Of a DNA stretch of 64,000 nt, positions 63,794 through 64,000 are shown one piece after another. Every line of letters begins with the position of its first letter. The first letter of the stretch is position 1. Both the position numbers and the translations under genes were made by a program. The stretch comes from Halarcobacter sp. (GTDB taxonomy: Bacteria > Campylobacterota > Campylobacteria > Campylobacterales > Arcobacteraceae). Where the stretch lies: NCBI GenBank assembly GCA_048571215.1, contig CP182352.1:672001-736000 (forward strand), given 5' to 3'. Under the pieces are notes generated by a model. It was not told the DNA's origin. It saw only the letters and a list, made by a program, of their open reading frames with translations, and searched no databases.

Positions 63794-64000
63794 CTAAGAT
63801 ATTGAGATAATTCCTCTACCAAGTTTTACATAACCTTGTTGTTCAAGTTTTTTAAGATTTCTACTAACTGTTTCTCTGGTTACTCCTATTATAGAAGCTA
63901 TTTTATCATGGGTTATTTTTATTGTATCAAGCCCTTGTACATATAACCAATTTAATAAGCGCTGTTCGATACTTGAAAATTTAACATCAGATAGTAGTGT
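63794..64000 (-). CDS. Crp/Fnr-family regulator, C-terminal part (5' end outside the window)
   Basis: Manual translation ...SIEQRLLNWL...ITHDKIASIIGVTRETVSRNLKKLEQQGYV.LGRG.I; RETVSR recognition helix. Confidence 0.88.
   Translation of the reverse strand, partial: TLLSDVKFSSIEQRLLNWLYVQGLDTIKITHDKIASIIGVTRETVSRNLKKLEQQGYVKLGRGIISIS

Overview
AT-rich chromosomal window from a Campylobacterota bacterium, most likely Arcobacteraceae (inferred from gene order and protein style). (1) 1-9.4 kb: housekeeping genes (partial TRAP dctP, gltBD, inositol-monophosphatase-like gene, ferredoxin, Ppx/GppA). (2) 9.4-35.3 kb: a ~26 kb surface-glycan, probably LOS/LPS, locus. It has GDP-fucose, UDP-HexNAcA, UDP-ManNAc and dTDP-4-amino-sugar pathways, many glycosyltransferases, a sulfotransferase, an inverted methyltransferase and two MBOAT+SGNH-like acylation modules whose MBOAT genes look identical over ~1.38 kb. 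(3) 35.3-45.3 kb: core genes (LigE-type ligase, rpmB, K+ channel, argJ, gyrA, asd, yqhA, hemE, radical SAM). (4) 45.4-52.8 kb: two tRNA-Asn genes followed by an integrase-less cassette array punctuated by three copies of a 'tRNA 3' half + ~200-230 bp' repeat. Its cargo is orphan paralogues, a lipoprotein and an EEP nuclease. (5) 52.8-64 kb: a TetR-ABC1 kinase-DUF4153-VanZ operon, a GNAT gene, an AraC-eat-eutC-eutB block bracketed by a 77-bp direct repeat, and a tandem DUF4242 pair (one cytoplasmic, one Tat-signal-bearing) behind a perfect CRP/FNR box and next to a Crp/Fnr regulator. The best candidates for undescribed systems are the tRNA-Asn cassette array, the Crp-controlled DUF4242 pair, the homogenised MBOATs with swapped C-terminal helices and partners, and in-frame heptamer inverted repeats inside manC. 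All family calls come from motif recognition by eye; no database searches were run.
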